A stretch of DNA of 64,000 nucleotides from Epithemia pelagica (Eukaryota; Protista; Bacillariophyta): contig OX337228.1 in assembly GCA_946965045.2 (NCBI GenBank), positions 3,472,001-3,536,000 on the forward strand, in the 5' to 3' direction. Of the stretch, positions 31,501 to 42,876 are shown piece after piece. A program made the position numbers and the translations under genes. How positions within the stretch are numbered: the stretch's first letter is position 1; each line of letters opens with the position of its first letter. The notes under the pieces were generated by a model. It saw nothing but the letters and a program-made list of their open reading frames with translations. It was not told the DNA's origin and ran no database searches.

Positions 31501-32298
31501 CCTGAACTGGACACAAGTGCATATTATAATCAAGACTGGCATTCGTTTTACCAGCAGCAAATCGGTGTCCTAAGATGGTTGGTTGAACTGGGCAGGATCG
31601 ATATTACTGCAGAAGTCTCCATGTTGGCGGCTTTCTTGGCAGGACCCAGAGAGGGTCACGTTCATGCTATGCTGCATATTTTTGCGTATTTGAATTTGCA
31701 TGACCGCTCAAGGCTAGTGTTGGACCCCTCTTACATACAACATGGGGAAGAGATTACCTCTGACTGGTCGGGATTTTACCCGGATGCGAGAGAAGACTTG
31801 CCAACGGACGCGCCAGAACCTCTTGGGAACCCAGTCCAGATGACCGTGTTTGTTGATTCGGATCATGCTGGAGATTTGGTAACTCGGAGATCAAGAACAG
31901 GAATACTGATATATCTGAATCGTGCTCCAGTGAGTTGGTACAGCAAGAAACAAACGAGTGTTGAGACATCAACGTTTGGTTCAGAGTATATGGCCCTCAA
32001 AGTCGGTATCGAAATGATCAAGGGTCTACGATACAAATTAAGGATGATGGGCGTACCTTTGGACGGTCATGCACATATTCGGGTGGATAATATGTCTGTT
32101 GTTCATAACAGTACAATTCCCGAATCAAGTTTGAAGAAGAAGTCAAATTCAATCGCATACCATTTCGTTTGCGAGAATGTTGCTTCAGGAATGTGTCGAA
32201 TTGCCTATGAACCGTCTAAGACTAACCTTGCTGATCTTCTTACTAAGATTCAAACAGGAACAATGAGAACACGGTTGGCTTCGATGATCTTATTTTGA
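28585..32298 (+). CDS. pol: E3 pol ORF, 1237 aa (protease remnant LDSH with a deletion after it; integrase, RT, RNase H)
   Basis: VYTDTLFS / VPDYAPE / NLAEANI (DDE); YIDD; FVDSDHAGD, GSEY, VDN, NLADLLTK. The frame is uninterrupted. Confidence 0.9.
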   Translation: MKFMDLDSHRSMSRRVTNRSNKKHNTSESHAVIAPVNGDESKLKIPLDLKGVISGFTVRKPTWEEVANIDPAYRIEMTNDNPQWAPNDSTESDVDERKLRQDVQQDMVRTKGSRSINNRMAKMVRINSRMVAETSHRRKGTVDPITLSSRWGIGLSVAERTFQSTTQLGVRDFSQGVGSKRLKHTAYQLKHRRLRADVYTDTLFSDTKSLGQNTCGQIYASDFGWEQFYPLERKKDAHTTLEKVFSDFGIFNSVVPDYAPELTSGKFKTTAQKFGCRIRPIEAWTPNQNLAEANIRELKCAYRREMRRTNAPAVLWDHCLQLVAERRSNTAFSSGPFDDGPPIKTLTGDTPDISHLVEYTWYKPVWYSNPGFENRKLGRWLGPSKTVGQAMSSKILTSKGKVVHRTSVWPLSVEKSHDPSFTAQKEQFDSELKEALGDRIEGVAPQEDEDPDEFGHDTPLYEAYEDEKQGDVRVPEADSYKLDAFDKLILAKVMLPLGDSKRAGQVIRRKRDADGNPISQSSTNPYLDTSMYEVEFQDGHVESHASNLIAENIYEQLDDDGNRFKLIDQIIDHRKDATAVPISEGTFFHNGREHKKRTTRGWQLCIQWKDGTTSWEMLKDLKESYPLEVAEYATANLLDKEPAFNWWVGFTLKRRARLIKAVSTTRYMKKWQKYGIELPKTVERALEIDKETGTDFWAKALKLEMMSKIFPAVKILEEGAPHPAGHQIIPCPIVFDIKMDFTRKARYVAGGHRTQEPETPTYASVVSRESVRIGFLLAALNGIDVTAADIAGAYLNIPCYEKVCTKCGLEFGKENKGRYAIITKALYGLKTSAFAWREHLSTTLQECLGFRPCRADPDVYLRASTKEDGTKYYELVFIYIDDVLVISHRGKDILNMIDQHYLLKPSSIGEPKIYLGNQVETFDIDGDVSKRCWALSSKWYATEAIRNVKIWLEERGLSLKTRAPSVLPTGYRPELDTSAYYNQDWHSFYQQQIGVLRWLVELGRIDITAEVSMLAAFLAGPREGHVHAMLHIFAYLNLHDRSRLVLDPSYIQHGEEITSDWSGFYPDAREDLPTDAPEPLGNPVQMTVFVDSDHAGDLVTRRSRTGILIYLNRAPVSWYSKKQTSVETSTFGSEYMALKVGIEMIKGLRYKLRMMGVPLDGHAHIRVDNMSVVHNSTIPESSLKKKSNSIAYHFVCENVASGMCRIAYEPSKTNLADLLTKIQTGTMRTRLASMILF

Positions 32299-32442
32299 GT
32301 GCGTTTCCCGCCAACAGATGTTGGGACTGGGTACGTCCTGCACCCTACTTGATATTTGGGACTCTAAGCAGGTCTAGATGGAACGATTGATGAAGAAAAG
32401 GCACAGTCACCCCACTAATGAGCGGTAGAACTGTGAGGGGAC

Positions 32443-32553
32443 CAAAATATGGCTATGGTATTGGGCGAAATTTAGCGATAGTGTAGGCCTCTAAGCTTGA
32501 GGCATGAGATAGTCACAATTTTATTTTCAAGTCACTATCATGCGCGTATTTTG
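32443..32553 (+). repeat. E3 3' LTR (111 bp), termini CAAAATA...TATTTTG
   Basis: Starts right after the PPT; 7-bp terminal inverted repeat; blocks GCGAA, TTTAGCGATAG, CCTCTAAG, TAGTCAC are shared with the E4 LTR. Confidence 0.75.
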
Positions 32554-33019
32554 CTTGAGTCATTCTTCATAGTACAAAGTAGGACTCAAGCAAGTGGTGC
32601 AGACGGAGATTGATTTTTCATCCGTTGAATGGTCCGTTGAATCCGAGGCTACCAAAATTCATTGGATTGCGGTCGCACAATCTCGAGGTGGGGAATACCG
32701 CAAGACAGGAAAATGACAATCTTCTGACGTGTTATTTAATAGAAACCAAATGAAGTTTTCTGATTACTTATAAGCGCCGGCCGACGAATATCGACGCCGG
32801 CATGGTAAAAGTTGTCCGTTCAGAAGAAAAGGAGAAAAACATCCAGGTCAAAGGCTCGTATTGGTATCTTTGTTTCGTCTCTACTAGAGAGCTAGTAGGT
32901 ACTCTCTCTCTAGCTAGCTACTCCTTCTCTACTAGCTAGAGAGAGGAGCGCTACTACCTCTCTAGAGCTAGGCAGGTAGCTACTCCTCTACGAGTAGAAA
33001 ATTGAAGTAGACGGTTCTA

Positions 33020-33240
33020 CAAGCACCAGTACCGGCAATACGAGTAGGAATACGAGTATTGCGTAACTTGTAACCCGTCGAAAAGCTGGCTTAAGAGTAC
33101 GAGTACGAGTATTTGACTGTACAAGTAAATGTCCACAAATCCGTCGGGTGTATTATATTTCATGTACAAATACCAGTACAATAACCTTATTACTCGCACC
33201 GAAACCAGAAGCCGAAAGCCGACGAAGTACTGACGAGCGA
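33020..33240. repeat. Cluster of TACGAGTA/GTAC repeats, possible hAT-type MITE remnant
   Basis: TACGAGTA occurs about four times between 33039 and 33110; no TIR pair or TSD found. Confidence 0.35.
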
Positions 33241-33563
33241 CATAACTCGTTCACAACAAGAAATGGGCAGGGATAGAAAGAAATGACCGCGTCTCATGTT
33301 CACAATCTTATTGGGAGTGATCGGATTCATTTTCCCGGCCCTTATTGACCAAAGAATATTGTAGTCGAAGAAACATTGGCCGTACATCAATTAACCACAT
33401 TTCCCCTTAGCACTCCCATGGACATAATCTTCTAGGGATAGTTTGATCCGTCCAGGTTCCTCCCCCATCCCCATAGAAAGAAACACCCACCAAAAGTACA
33501 AATCTTTTTTTCTGTTTCCCATTCCAACAACCAGAGGACCAAGCCCTTGTTTGAGTTTCGAAA

Positions 33564-36500
33564 ATGGATCAGGAAGACAGTGATCTTGTGTCGGTGTCTG
33601 AGTTCAGCCAAGAAGATGACCAAAGCAGCAATCATGACGAAAACATCGACTTGGGGAAAAAGAAGAAGAAATCTGAGTACATCGGCCAAAAGGAGACTCA
33701 AGGAGTGTTTCGAGCCAAGATGATGGTGTACTTAGTTTTGATTATCTCGTGTGCCGCTGCGAGTACTCTAACGTTTCTGTTCACTTCAGACCAGGAGAAC
33801 AAGGACTTCGACAACGACGTAGGTACTTGTCGTGAGTCATTTGTCCTTTTTTTCAATCGCATCAGAGGACCAACAATGCACCCGTTACTTTTTTCTGTTG
33901 TTTTCAGTTTAAAACGTTTGCTGACGAGATTCAGCGGTCGGCAAAGGCAGATTTGTTGCCGAAGTTTGATGTCGCGCAGAGTTTGAGTATTAGTGCCACT
34001 TCGTATGCGAATGAAAGAGGCATTGAATGGCCTTTTGTGACGTTGCCTGATTTCGAACTGCGGTCAAGGAAAGCACGTGCAATGTCTGAAGCAGATTTGA
34101 TCTTGTTCGTTCCCTTTTTCCTAAAGGACTGGCAAAATGATTGGGAGGCCTACGCTCAAAACCATTCTTCATGGATCCAAGAAGGTCTGGCCTTGAACGG
34201 ACATGAGGATACAAACCCTGGTCCTGTGCCCCAGCATATTCACGACATCTCCGAAATGTCAGATGACATGAGGGATCAGAGTTCTACTCTTAACAATTAC
34301 ATTGCTGGTCTATGGTACGATATACCGTTGCATTAACTTGTTGTTTTTCCTCTTTTGTGGACTTACCCTTCGTTTCAACCTTGCATTTACAGGCAAACAG
34401 GACCCGCCCCGATTGATGCTTCAGTGGTCAACACAGACCTTCTTTCGGACGAAACCTTTTTCAATCTTGCAACAGACGTAGTGAAGAAACGTCTCAGCTA
34501 TCTTTCCAAGATATATTCTCTACCGATCATGCAGTACTTCCCCGAGCCATCGCAGCTCGAGTACGAAACAAAGGATCACGCACATCGGGAAAGAAAGCTT
34601 GCCGGTCATTCTAACGGTAGCCCTCGCAGCTTTCTTCTTGATCCAATCTTCCGCGATTTCGAGGACCACAGTGCAGTTGTTGGCTTTCACTACTTGGACA
34701 TTGAATGGGATGTATTCTTCCAAGATGTCCTTCCAGAAGGCACCGGTGACATCGAGGTTGTATTATCAGATTCCTGTGGTAGTGTGTTCACATACTTGCT
34801 ACAGGGCTCTCATGCCCATCTGAAGGGTGAGGGGGATTTGCACGACACGGATTTCGAAGATAAGGTTATCTCAAGCAATATTACTCTTCATGGAAGCAAT
34901 ACTGAACGTGGCCACCCATTCTCAAGCTGTAACTATGTGCTCGATATTTATCCCACCGGGGACTTGAAAAACGATTATGAATCGAGAGATCCCATCATAT
35001 TTGCAGTCGTTGTTGCCATGATCTTCGTCTTTACGACTTTGGTCTTCCTTGTGTACGATTGGGCCGTTCAGAGGCGCCAGTGGATGATCATTCGGGCAGC
35101 TCGCAAGACTCAGGCGATTGTGTCTTCACTTTTCCCGAAGAACGTGCAAGATCGAATCATGAAAGACGTTGATGAAGAGGTGAATCGAGAAGCGAACAAG
35201 CCGCTGATTATGAGAGGAAACCGAACGAAAGACCAGCTCCAAAATTTCCTAAAGGGTAAAGACGCCAATGAGGAAGATGCTGAAGACGTGAACGCAGGGA
35301 TCAAACGATCAAAACCGATCGCCGATCTTTTCCCGGAAGCAACGATCATTTTTGCTGATATCGTAGGTTTCACTGCGTGGAGTTCGACCCGTGAACCGAC
35401 TCAAGTCTTCCAGCTTCTTGAGACTATTTACCATGTCTTTGATGAAATCGCTGGTCGCCGCCGTGTTTTCAAGGTGGAAACAGTTGGTGATTGTTATGTA
35501 GCGGTTGCTGGATTACCGGAGCCTCGCAAGGATCACGCTATCGTCATGGCTCGCTTCGCACGAGACTGTTTGATTCAGTTTACTGCCACAGTGAAGGCAA
35601 TGGTTGTGGAGCTAGGGCCCGACACGGAAGAGGTAAGCCCACCGGTTACGTTTGTCCCTGAATACACATCTCTCTTATCATGTTTTGTTCCTTTCGTATC
35701 TTTTGCCTGAGAAAGCTCGGCGTAAGAATTGGTCTTCATTCCGGTCCCGTCACAGCTGGTGTCTTGCGTGGTGAGCGTGCTCGGTTCCAATTGTTTGGTG
35801 ACACTGTTAACACCACTGCACGTATGGAGAGTACAGGGCAGCCAAACAAAATCCACGTTTCCCAAGAAACTGCCGATTTGCTTGCAGCTGCTGGCAAGTC
35901 GCAGTGGTTGCGAACTCGAAGGGAGAAGGTAGTTGCTAAGGGAAAGGGTGAGCTTCAGACGTACTGGCTGGACGCCACAGGAGAAGCTGGAACATCAACT
36001 GGTTCTGGAGAGAGCGCAGAGGAAATGGAAACGGAAAACGAGGAGAAGGAGGCACCCGCAGTACAAGTTGTGGCCGCAGCACCTACTGTACCATCTGCCG
36101 ACAAGTACAATCGACTTGTCGCCTGGAATTGCGATATTTTGGCCAAACTACTTACTCAGATTGTTGCACGAAGGGAATCTCGTCGCACGGAGCCTGATCC
36201 AATTGGTGAAATTAGAAAGCTAGAGGAGCAGTACGGATCCAACCGTTACGTGTTGAGCGAGGTCCAAGAGATTGTGCGCCTTCCAAAATACGAAGCAAAT
36301 GCACAGAGGGTTGACCCGTGGTCGGTTCATCTGAGTGAAGATGTCTTGGGACAACTGAAGGACTACGTCCAAACTCTCGCCGCTATGTACCGAGACAACC
36401 CTTTCCATAACTTTGAGCACGCGTCCCACGTTACAATGTCAGTTATGAAGCTTCTTTCCCGAATTGTTGCTCCTGATCTCACGTCCGCCCCTACAGATAC

Positions 36501-37404
36501 TGAAGAAGCCCTCCATGATCACACTTACGGGATTACATCTGATCCAATGACTCAGTTTGCAGTTGCGCTGTCAGCACTCATTCATGACGTTGACCACCCA
36601 GGCGTCCCGAATTCACAGCTCATCAAGGAACAAACCAGTTTGGCCGCTGTTTATCGAAACAAATCCATTGCTGAACAAAACTCTGTTGATTTGGCATGGG
36701 ATCTTCTTATGGATGACGCGTACAGCGACCTTCGTCGTACCATCTATGTCACGACTTCAGAATTCATGCGCTTCAGGCAGCTTGTTGTGAACATTGTACT
36801 TGCGACAGACATTATGGACAAGGATCTCGGTGCTCTTCGTAAAGGGCGGTGGAACAAGGCATTCTCTGCCGAGGCCTCAGATTCTTCGGAGGATGATGTG
36901 AATCGTAAAGCAACTATTGTTATGGAGCATTTAATTCAAGCTTCGGATGTTGCTCACACTATGCAGCATTGGCACATCTACCGAAAATGGAATCAGCGCC
37001 TGTTCAAGGAACTTTATGAGGCTTACTTGCAAGGCCGGGCTGAAAAGGACCCATCTGAAAATTGGTACGAAGGCGAAAAGGGCTTTTTCGATTTCTACAT
37101 CATACCTTTGGCGAAGAAGTTGAAAGATTGTGGTGTCTTTGGTGTGTCATCCGACGAGTATTTGCAGTATGCCGTGCAGAATCGCAAGGAATGGGAACTG
37201 AAGGGGCAAGAACTTGTTGCAGAAATGCTTCAGAATTTCCGGGACCAGGGGATGGTGCCGTCGAAGATGCTTCCTGTGTCAAAAGAGCAAGCGCCGGAGA
37301 AGTCTCCGGAACAGGCTCCTGAGCAAGCACCGGTTGTGAAAACAAGGGAACAGGCTCCTGAAAGGACACCTGTGGCTCAACAGTCATCGAAAGTGATTCT
37401 GTAG
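33564..37404 (+). CDS. Membrane nucleotide cyclase-phosphodiesterase fusion (TM, CHASE-like sensor, TM, class III cyclase, PDEase); introns 33819-33907, 34315-34392, 35633-35715
   Basis: Cyclase FADIVGFT, FKVETVGDCY, GLHSGPVTAG, FGDTVNTTARMES. PDE PFHNFEHASHV, LIHDVDHPG, LATD, ASDVAH. All three GT-AG introns restore the frame. Confidence 0.93.
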
Positions 37405-37606
37405 TTCTCAAGAATGGTTGTAGTACAGTCGGATATCAAATAAATTTCATTCATGTTCTTGTCGACGAGTTTCTATTATTGGGGTAGCACTCCCATAGAG
37501 TATTATTTTCAAGCTTTGTTCAGGCTTCTCGCTATAGAATGACAAAGGCAGTGTGTTTGGAATTGGACTGCTACGTTAACAGATATCAGTAATGCGTTGA
37601 ACTAGG

Positions 37607-37668
37607 GAATGGTCATTTCCCGCAAAGTTGCAAAAGTGAATGGTCATTTCCCGCAAAGTTGCAGAAGT
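37607..37668. repeat. 31-bp tandem duplication spanning the mtnB-mtnC stop codon
   Basis: GAATGGTCATTTCCCGCAAAGTTGCA(A/G)AAGT at 37607-37637 and 37638-37668. Confidence 0.95.
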
Positions 37669-39511
37669 GAGTGAATGGTGGGGAACTTATTGTCAACTAG
37701 AGGGGCGTTGCCTGGTCGGATGCTGTTGATAGTATACTTCATTCCAGCTGCTGAGGCTGCGTCCAATTCCGCGGTTGAATCGGACACAAAGACAATGTCT
37801 TCAATTGACACGCCGAGATTCTGAGCAATCTTAGTGTAAGAAGGTGCTGCCTTCTTTGGTCCAGCAGTTGTGATATCGAAGTGCCCTTCCAAGTGATCCA
37901 ACACGCTTCCTGCTATGGATGTGTGTCCAAACAAGAGTTTTTGTGCCGCAATCGAACCCGAAGAGTATATATATACTTTAACTGCGTTGTCTTTCATCCA
38001 TTTCAACATCACTGGGAAATCATCGTAAACATGTGCTTTCAGTTCTCCTGAATCATATCCTGCTTTACATATTTTGGCTTGCAGATCTTTAAGGGTGGCT
38101 GACTTAACGTCTCGGTCCATGAGGTAGTTCACCAATGATATAATATCTTCTTTGGAACCTTCACCAGTCGTGTGCTCTTTCACTTCCTCTCGCAAAGAAT
38201 CCGTCCATTCACTGATCTGCTCATCTGAAGCGTGGTCTTTCAGATACTTAGTTAAGTTCTCGCGCGCGTATGGAAACAATGTTTGGTGGACGAACGAGAT
38301 GCTGGTGGTGCATCCTTCAATATCCAACAAGAGGTATTTTGCATCTCGCGGAAGGATTGGAACTGTGTTTGACTCCAGATCAGCGCTATTATCAATAGCC
38401 TGGACTCCATTGAAACCCGACGAACTTGATACCTTGGCCCTTTTCTTTGGTGGTCCGGTAGGGGTTTCGACTTTTTTTGACTCATCAGACAACCGGAAGG
38501 TTCCATGCGCGGGAACCTTGCAAGGATCGATGCCCATTGATTTCATTTGAACGGCAGATTGGAAGAGGTAATCAAAGGATTCGCACTGAGTCTTCGCTTG
38601 TTCCCAGGAATCTCCCCAAGCATATAAGCCATGTCGACGAACAAGAACAGCATTGACTTTCGGATACTTGCGAATAGCCATTCGCAATTGATCCGCTAAT
38701 TGATCTTCCGTCGGGCGATTGTCGATTATTGGGACTTCGAGAACATCATCGTATGCGTGATTACCTACGCCTTTCAGCATTTCAAGATGCGTGATTTTGA
38801 GCGTCTCTTGTTCCTCTTCCGGATCTAACAATGACGCCATTTGAGCGTGCATAGAATGTGTATGGATAACACAAACAGCATGCGGTCGTTCATTGAACAC
38901 CACGTACCATAACGGGGTACATGCCGATTGTCGTAAATTCGGAGTCTTGGGCGCTACTACGATATTCTGATCCATATCTAATTCAAAAATATCATCGCCG
39001 ATCATATCTTCTTTCTGAATACCAGAGGGCGCGACAAACACACGCCATGGACGATTCTCAGACGGCCCTCCAACGCGGATGCTCACTCCACCACTTGTTC
39101 CTGTTGCCCAGCCGTGCTGATAAAAGTTTTCACACAGTTGTGCGATAAGCGCTGATGTACATCCATTCAGTAGTTGAAAATATGGTAGCAGAGGTGAGAT
39201 TCGTGGGTAGACTCTATCACGATCAATGCATGAACAGACCCACCTCTCACAGTTTGTGCTTCGTGTTCCTCAGTTTCAACAAGAGAATGACCAGTTCCTT
39301 TCGAGAAGCTATGTCGCGCATCCAACTCAGTCGATCCTTCATCACCAATACGTGTCCATCCGTGCTGCAAGCCGATCCATCGTCGATTCATTCCATATAG
39401 CTGAAGTCGACCTTCATGCGTGACGGGGAACATTTGAGGGGCGATGTCGCCGTTCGACCATCCCACTCCAGGATTAGAAACCTTTCCATAGCTGCCGTAG
39501 TTGCAACTCAT
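37644..39511 (-). CDS. mtnB-mtnC: Bifunctional methylthioribulose-1-P dehydratase / enolase-phosphatase E1 (methionine salvage); intron 39152-39243
   Basis: Spliced ALIAQLCENFY..GWATGTSGG, VAPSGIQKE, QSACTPL, VIHTHS, VLVRRHG; HAD motif LLLDIEGCTT, YSSGS, GPKK, FVSD. Confidence 0.93.
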
Positions 39512-40592
39512 CCTCTATTGTTCGAGAAATCGGGTGTTTCGTTGTGTTCAGTCTGTATTCTTGTCCAGTAGTGTGGAGCCGTTGGCGTTGGAGTTACGCA
39601 CTGGAACTCTACTGTAAGTCATAACCCCCAAATCCTAAAAAAAATCGTTCCTAAACTTGAGCCCATAACCTGTTCGCTGAGAAATTAAGATCCGTTTAAG
39701 GCAAAATTTGTCCGGGGGTAGGCCTCGGCTCTCGGCTTATGAACTTTCGACACAAACTACATATATATGTGCATACATGTATACCCTCGGTATAGGTGAC
39801 CACCTATTAGTCGTATGTACGTCGTCCGCAAACTGTCCCCTCAATGGAGTTTTTTTTCTCGATTCAAATCCAATTTTCCATAAAAAATCAGAAAGGACAC
39901 GCCGGCATTTCCTTGTCACATTTCAATTCGGTTTGAGCGGCCCAGCGTGCATGACGGTTGCCGTTGGTGGTTGGTGCACGAATTCCGCATACACTATAAA
40001 AAAGCAAACAAACCTCCATTACAGCGGCCATGTCCATGGCAATTCTTGCAATGGCATGATTTTTCAGCTTCCATGCTACCCAGGTACGTCAAGAAAGACA
40101 GAGCTGCGATTGGGCTAAGGACAAGCATCTCAATAGTCCCTCCCTGTTGTTTTTGTTCGCATACACCCCTTGAGCCCCATTTTCTGGACTCGTTGCAACG
40201 TCTCACTTTTCACCAGTCCAATTTCCAACTTCATTTGTAGCCCTTTTACTCTGATATTAGTCTAAGTAGAATTCCTGTTCTATATTTTATCATAGGGGTA
40301 AATATCAAGGTCAATAGTGGTATCCTGCTCTACCAGGGATTCTCTTGTCTTTATTCTTCTCCTTCTCCTCGTCTTCACCTTGAAGAAGATACAGCAAACA
40401 CTAAGAATTTGTCTCAGCGACCATTAGCCTAGAAAGAAAGTGGTGACATGATGTATGATGTAGTTTGCCATCTACAACTTGGATTACTACTCCTAAGAGT
40501 AAGAGGAAGAAACCAAATCGTCCCCTACCTAGTAGACAACTCGAACCATGGATGTGACATGCCCTACAATGAGAAAATGGGCGAAAACACTA

Positions 40593-41024
40593 CCGTAATT
40601 TGCGGATTCCTGTCCCCCCTAAAGTCCTGTCCCCCCACTCCCCTTAAACGTACATGGCCCCCTAACTTTTTATCTGTAGGTTCTTTCTGGGCTTATGAGT
40701 AACCCCCACATTCCTCACGTTTCGAGCTTTCTATCGCTCTGCCTGACATTATATGGGGGTCAATCAAAGAGGAGAAACAAGAGATCCAGTATGATGGGTA
40801 ATATCATTAGGGTTAATGTTTTGCTTTGAAGCACGGTCTTTCCCCTGACTGGAATTGTGCGAACAAACCTTGTCTACAACCCCGATGTTGAAAATTAATT
40901 TACTATGAATTTAATTGTACTTGGTGAATGGAATCTTAAGAAAAATTATCCAAAATTGCGTAGTCCTGTCCCCCCATGGTCGTTTCAGTAACATTCCGGG
41001 GGGACAGGACTCCGCAAATTACGG
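40593..41024. mobile_element. MITE, 432 bp, TA target duplication (Tc1/mariner-pogo-like ends)
   Basis: TIR CCGTAATTTGCGGA(T/G)TCCTGTCCCCCC with 1 mismatch; TA at 40591-40592 and 41025-41026; internal GTCCTGTCCCCCC copies; non-coding. Confidence 0.9.
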
Positions 41025-41447
41025 TAGACCAATCTATCAATCCTAAGAAGAAACAGAAGTCACAAACAACAACTGAAGGAAAGACGCGCTCTATCTACAG
41101 TCTACAATGATTCGTCCGCGGTTCATGTGCCATGGCCGATGGTCTTACCGGGGCCCTTCAGATTTTGCTCTCACGGTTTTTATGAGCTGTCGCTCGCGAG
41201 CGTCTGGAATTTGAATCGTGTTGATCAGAGGACGCCCGCCGACCTTCAACTGTCACTTGCACGCCGGCCATTCTACATGACGATTTGCTTTTGGGAGATT
41301 TTATGGGGGAGAAGGACAGAGTTCTGTGCGGACAACGTACGTACGGTTTATAGGTGGTCACCGATACAGAGCCATCCCCCCCATACAAGAAGGAAAAAGC
41401 TCCTCAACCCCTACCAACACGAGCGTCTCGTCCTTTTCTCGGGCCTC

Positions 41448-41503
41448 TTCTTCGCTTTGTACATCCACCCTTGACTTCTTCGCTTTGTACCTCCACCCTT
41501 GAC
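41448..41503 (+). repeat. 28-bp tandem repeat directly before the Myb-like ATG
   Basis: TTCTTCGCTTTGTAC(A/C)TCCACCCTTGAC x2. Confidence 0.9.
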
Positions 41504-41504
41504 A

Positions 41505-42851
41505 ATGGCCGAGGATCTTGAAAAGAGGATGGAGAGAGCCTTTGCCGAAGTCGAGGCAGGCTTGGCCCAAAACCAGGACGACTCCACCTCAGAGGAGGAA
41601 GATGCCCCGACCCAGATGCCAACGCCAACACCACCTCAAGCAGTCACACAGGGACCTCCTGACTTGTCCGAACAACTGAATTTGACAAAAACCAGCGTCC
41701 CTCCCACTCCTGCAGCAACAAGTGTCCCACCAGTGCGACGTGAGTCACCCCGACTCCGCATTAAGAGACTCCTACAAGAGCAAAACAACGACAAGAAGCC
41801 CAAAGCCAAGAAGGCAAAGAAGACTGCTCCAACATCAGCCCCTACAGCCTCCGGAAAAAACACAGCAACATCGAACATAACAACCAAAGCAAAAAAAGGA
41901 AGCGTATCACAAGCAAAAAAGGGTAATGGAGGACCAGGTAGATCGAGAGGGAGGAACTTCACTGAAGACGAGACCTGGTACCTCCTTGATCTTATTTCTG
42001 CCATAGAACCTGCAGGGCAATACGATTGGGATCGAGTAACGGACGCCTACAACAAAAGGTTCAAGGCGTCCGACCGCCTCAGGGACAGGGAATCTCTCAA
42101 ACGCCGTTTTGGTGCGCTACATGGGAGAAAGATTCCTACGGGAGACCCACATTGTCCCGACAAAGTGAAGGCGGCCAAACAGATCCTCATCAACATCCAA
42201 ACACGATGTGATGTTGGCGAAAAGGCAAACAGACACGACATTGGCTTCGACTCGACCTCGTCCGAAGGAGAGAGTGTTGCAGATGGAGAAGCAGACTACG
42301 GAGAAGATGAAGAGGACGACCAAGAAGCAGACGATCAACAAGGAGAGAAGCAAGACAAGGAGGAAAATCTGGAGACCCCCAAAACAAGTGTCAAGCCGCA
42401 TGGATCAAAGCCCCTTCGGTCGGATACGAAAAGTCGACGCAAGCGAACAATGGACTCCGACGACAAAACTGACGCTATCATGAAATTCATGATGGTGTCG
42501 TAGCAGAATCGTCAAGATGCAGAAGAGAAAGAAAGGAAGTTTCGCAGAGAGAAAGAAGACCGCGAGAAAGAAGAGCGACAGAAGCGTGACGACGAGCGAC
42601 GTGAGAGAGACGAGCGTCGTGCGGAACAGTCAATGGCTATGCAACAATCAATGCTGCAAATGATGATGCAGCAACAGAGTAACTTGCTCATGTTGCTTGC
42701 ACCGAATGTAATGGGACAGGTCCAACCGCAACAGGTCCAACCGCAACAGAACACTACAACGCCTGCGGGTCAGCTCCAACCGCGACACACTCTAACACCT
42801 GAAGACCAGAACATTGACCAGAATGATGACAAGGAAGGAAAAGAAGTTTAG
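41505..42851 (+). pseudogene. Harbinger Myb/SANT-like DNA-binding protein (in-frame TAG at 42501)
   Basis: RGRNFTEDETWYLLDLI...YDWDRVTDAYNKRF...RDRESLKRRF. The frame continues after the TAG into a charged coiled coil and an M/Q-rich tail ending at 42851. Confidence 0.82.
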
Positions 42852-42876
42852 TAGATAAAATAACTGGTATACTTGA

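Larger units (their letters stand above)
28585..32553 (+). mobile_element. Copia element E3, 5'-truncated (no gag or 5' LTR found), with a short 3' LTR
   Basis: IN-RT-RH ORF clearly related to E4. PPT GAGGGGAC at 32435-32442. LTR 32443-32553 is homologous to the E4 LTR. Confidence 0.9.

Noticed and set aside
32299-32383. Assignment of the 3' UTR structure to hammerhead, HDV, twister or pistol ribozymes
   Set aside because: Core consensus sequences (e.g. CUGANGA/GAAA) were not found in the required order; left unassigned.
32551-32593. 11-bp inverted repeat (TTGCTTGAGTC/GACTCAAGCAA) overlapping the E3 right end
   Set aside because: A single hairpin with no second copy or TSD; kept only as a caveat on the E3 LTR boundary.
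39900-40460. Possible decayed coding remnant inside the Harbinger left arm
   Set aside because: Multiple stops in all frames and no recognisable motif.
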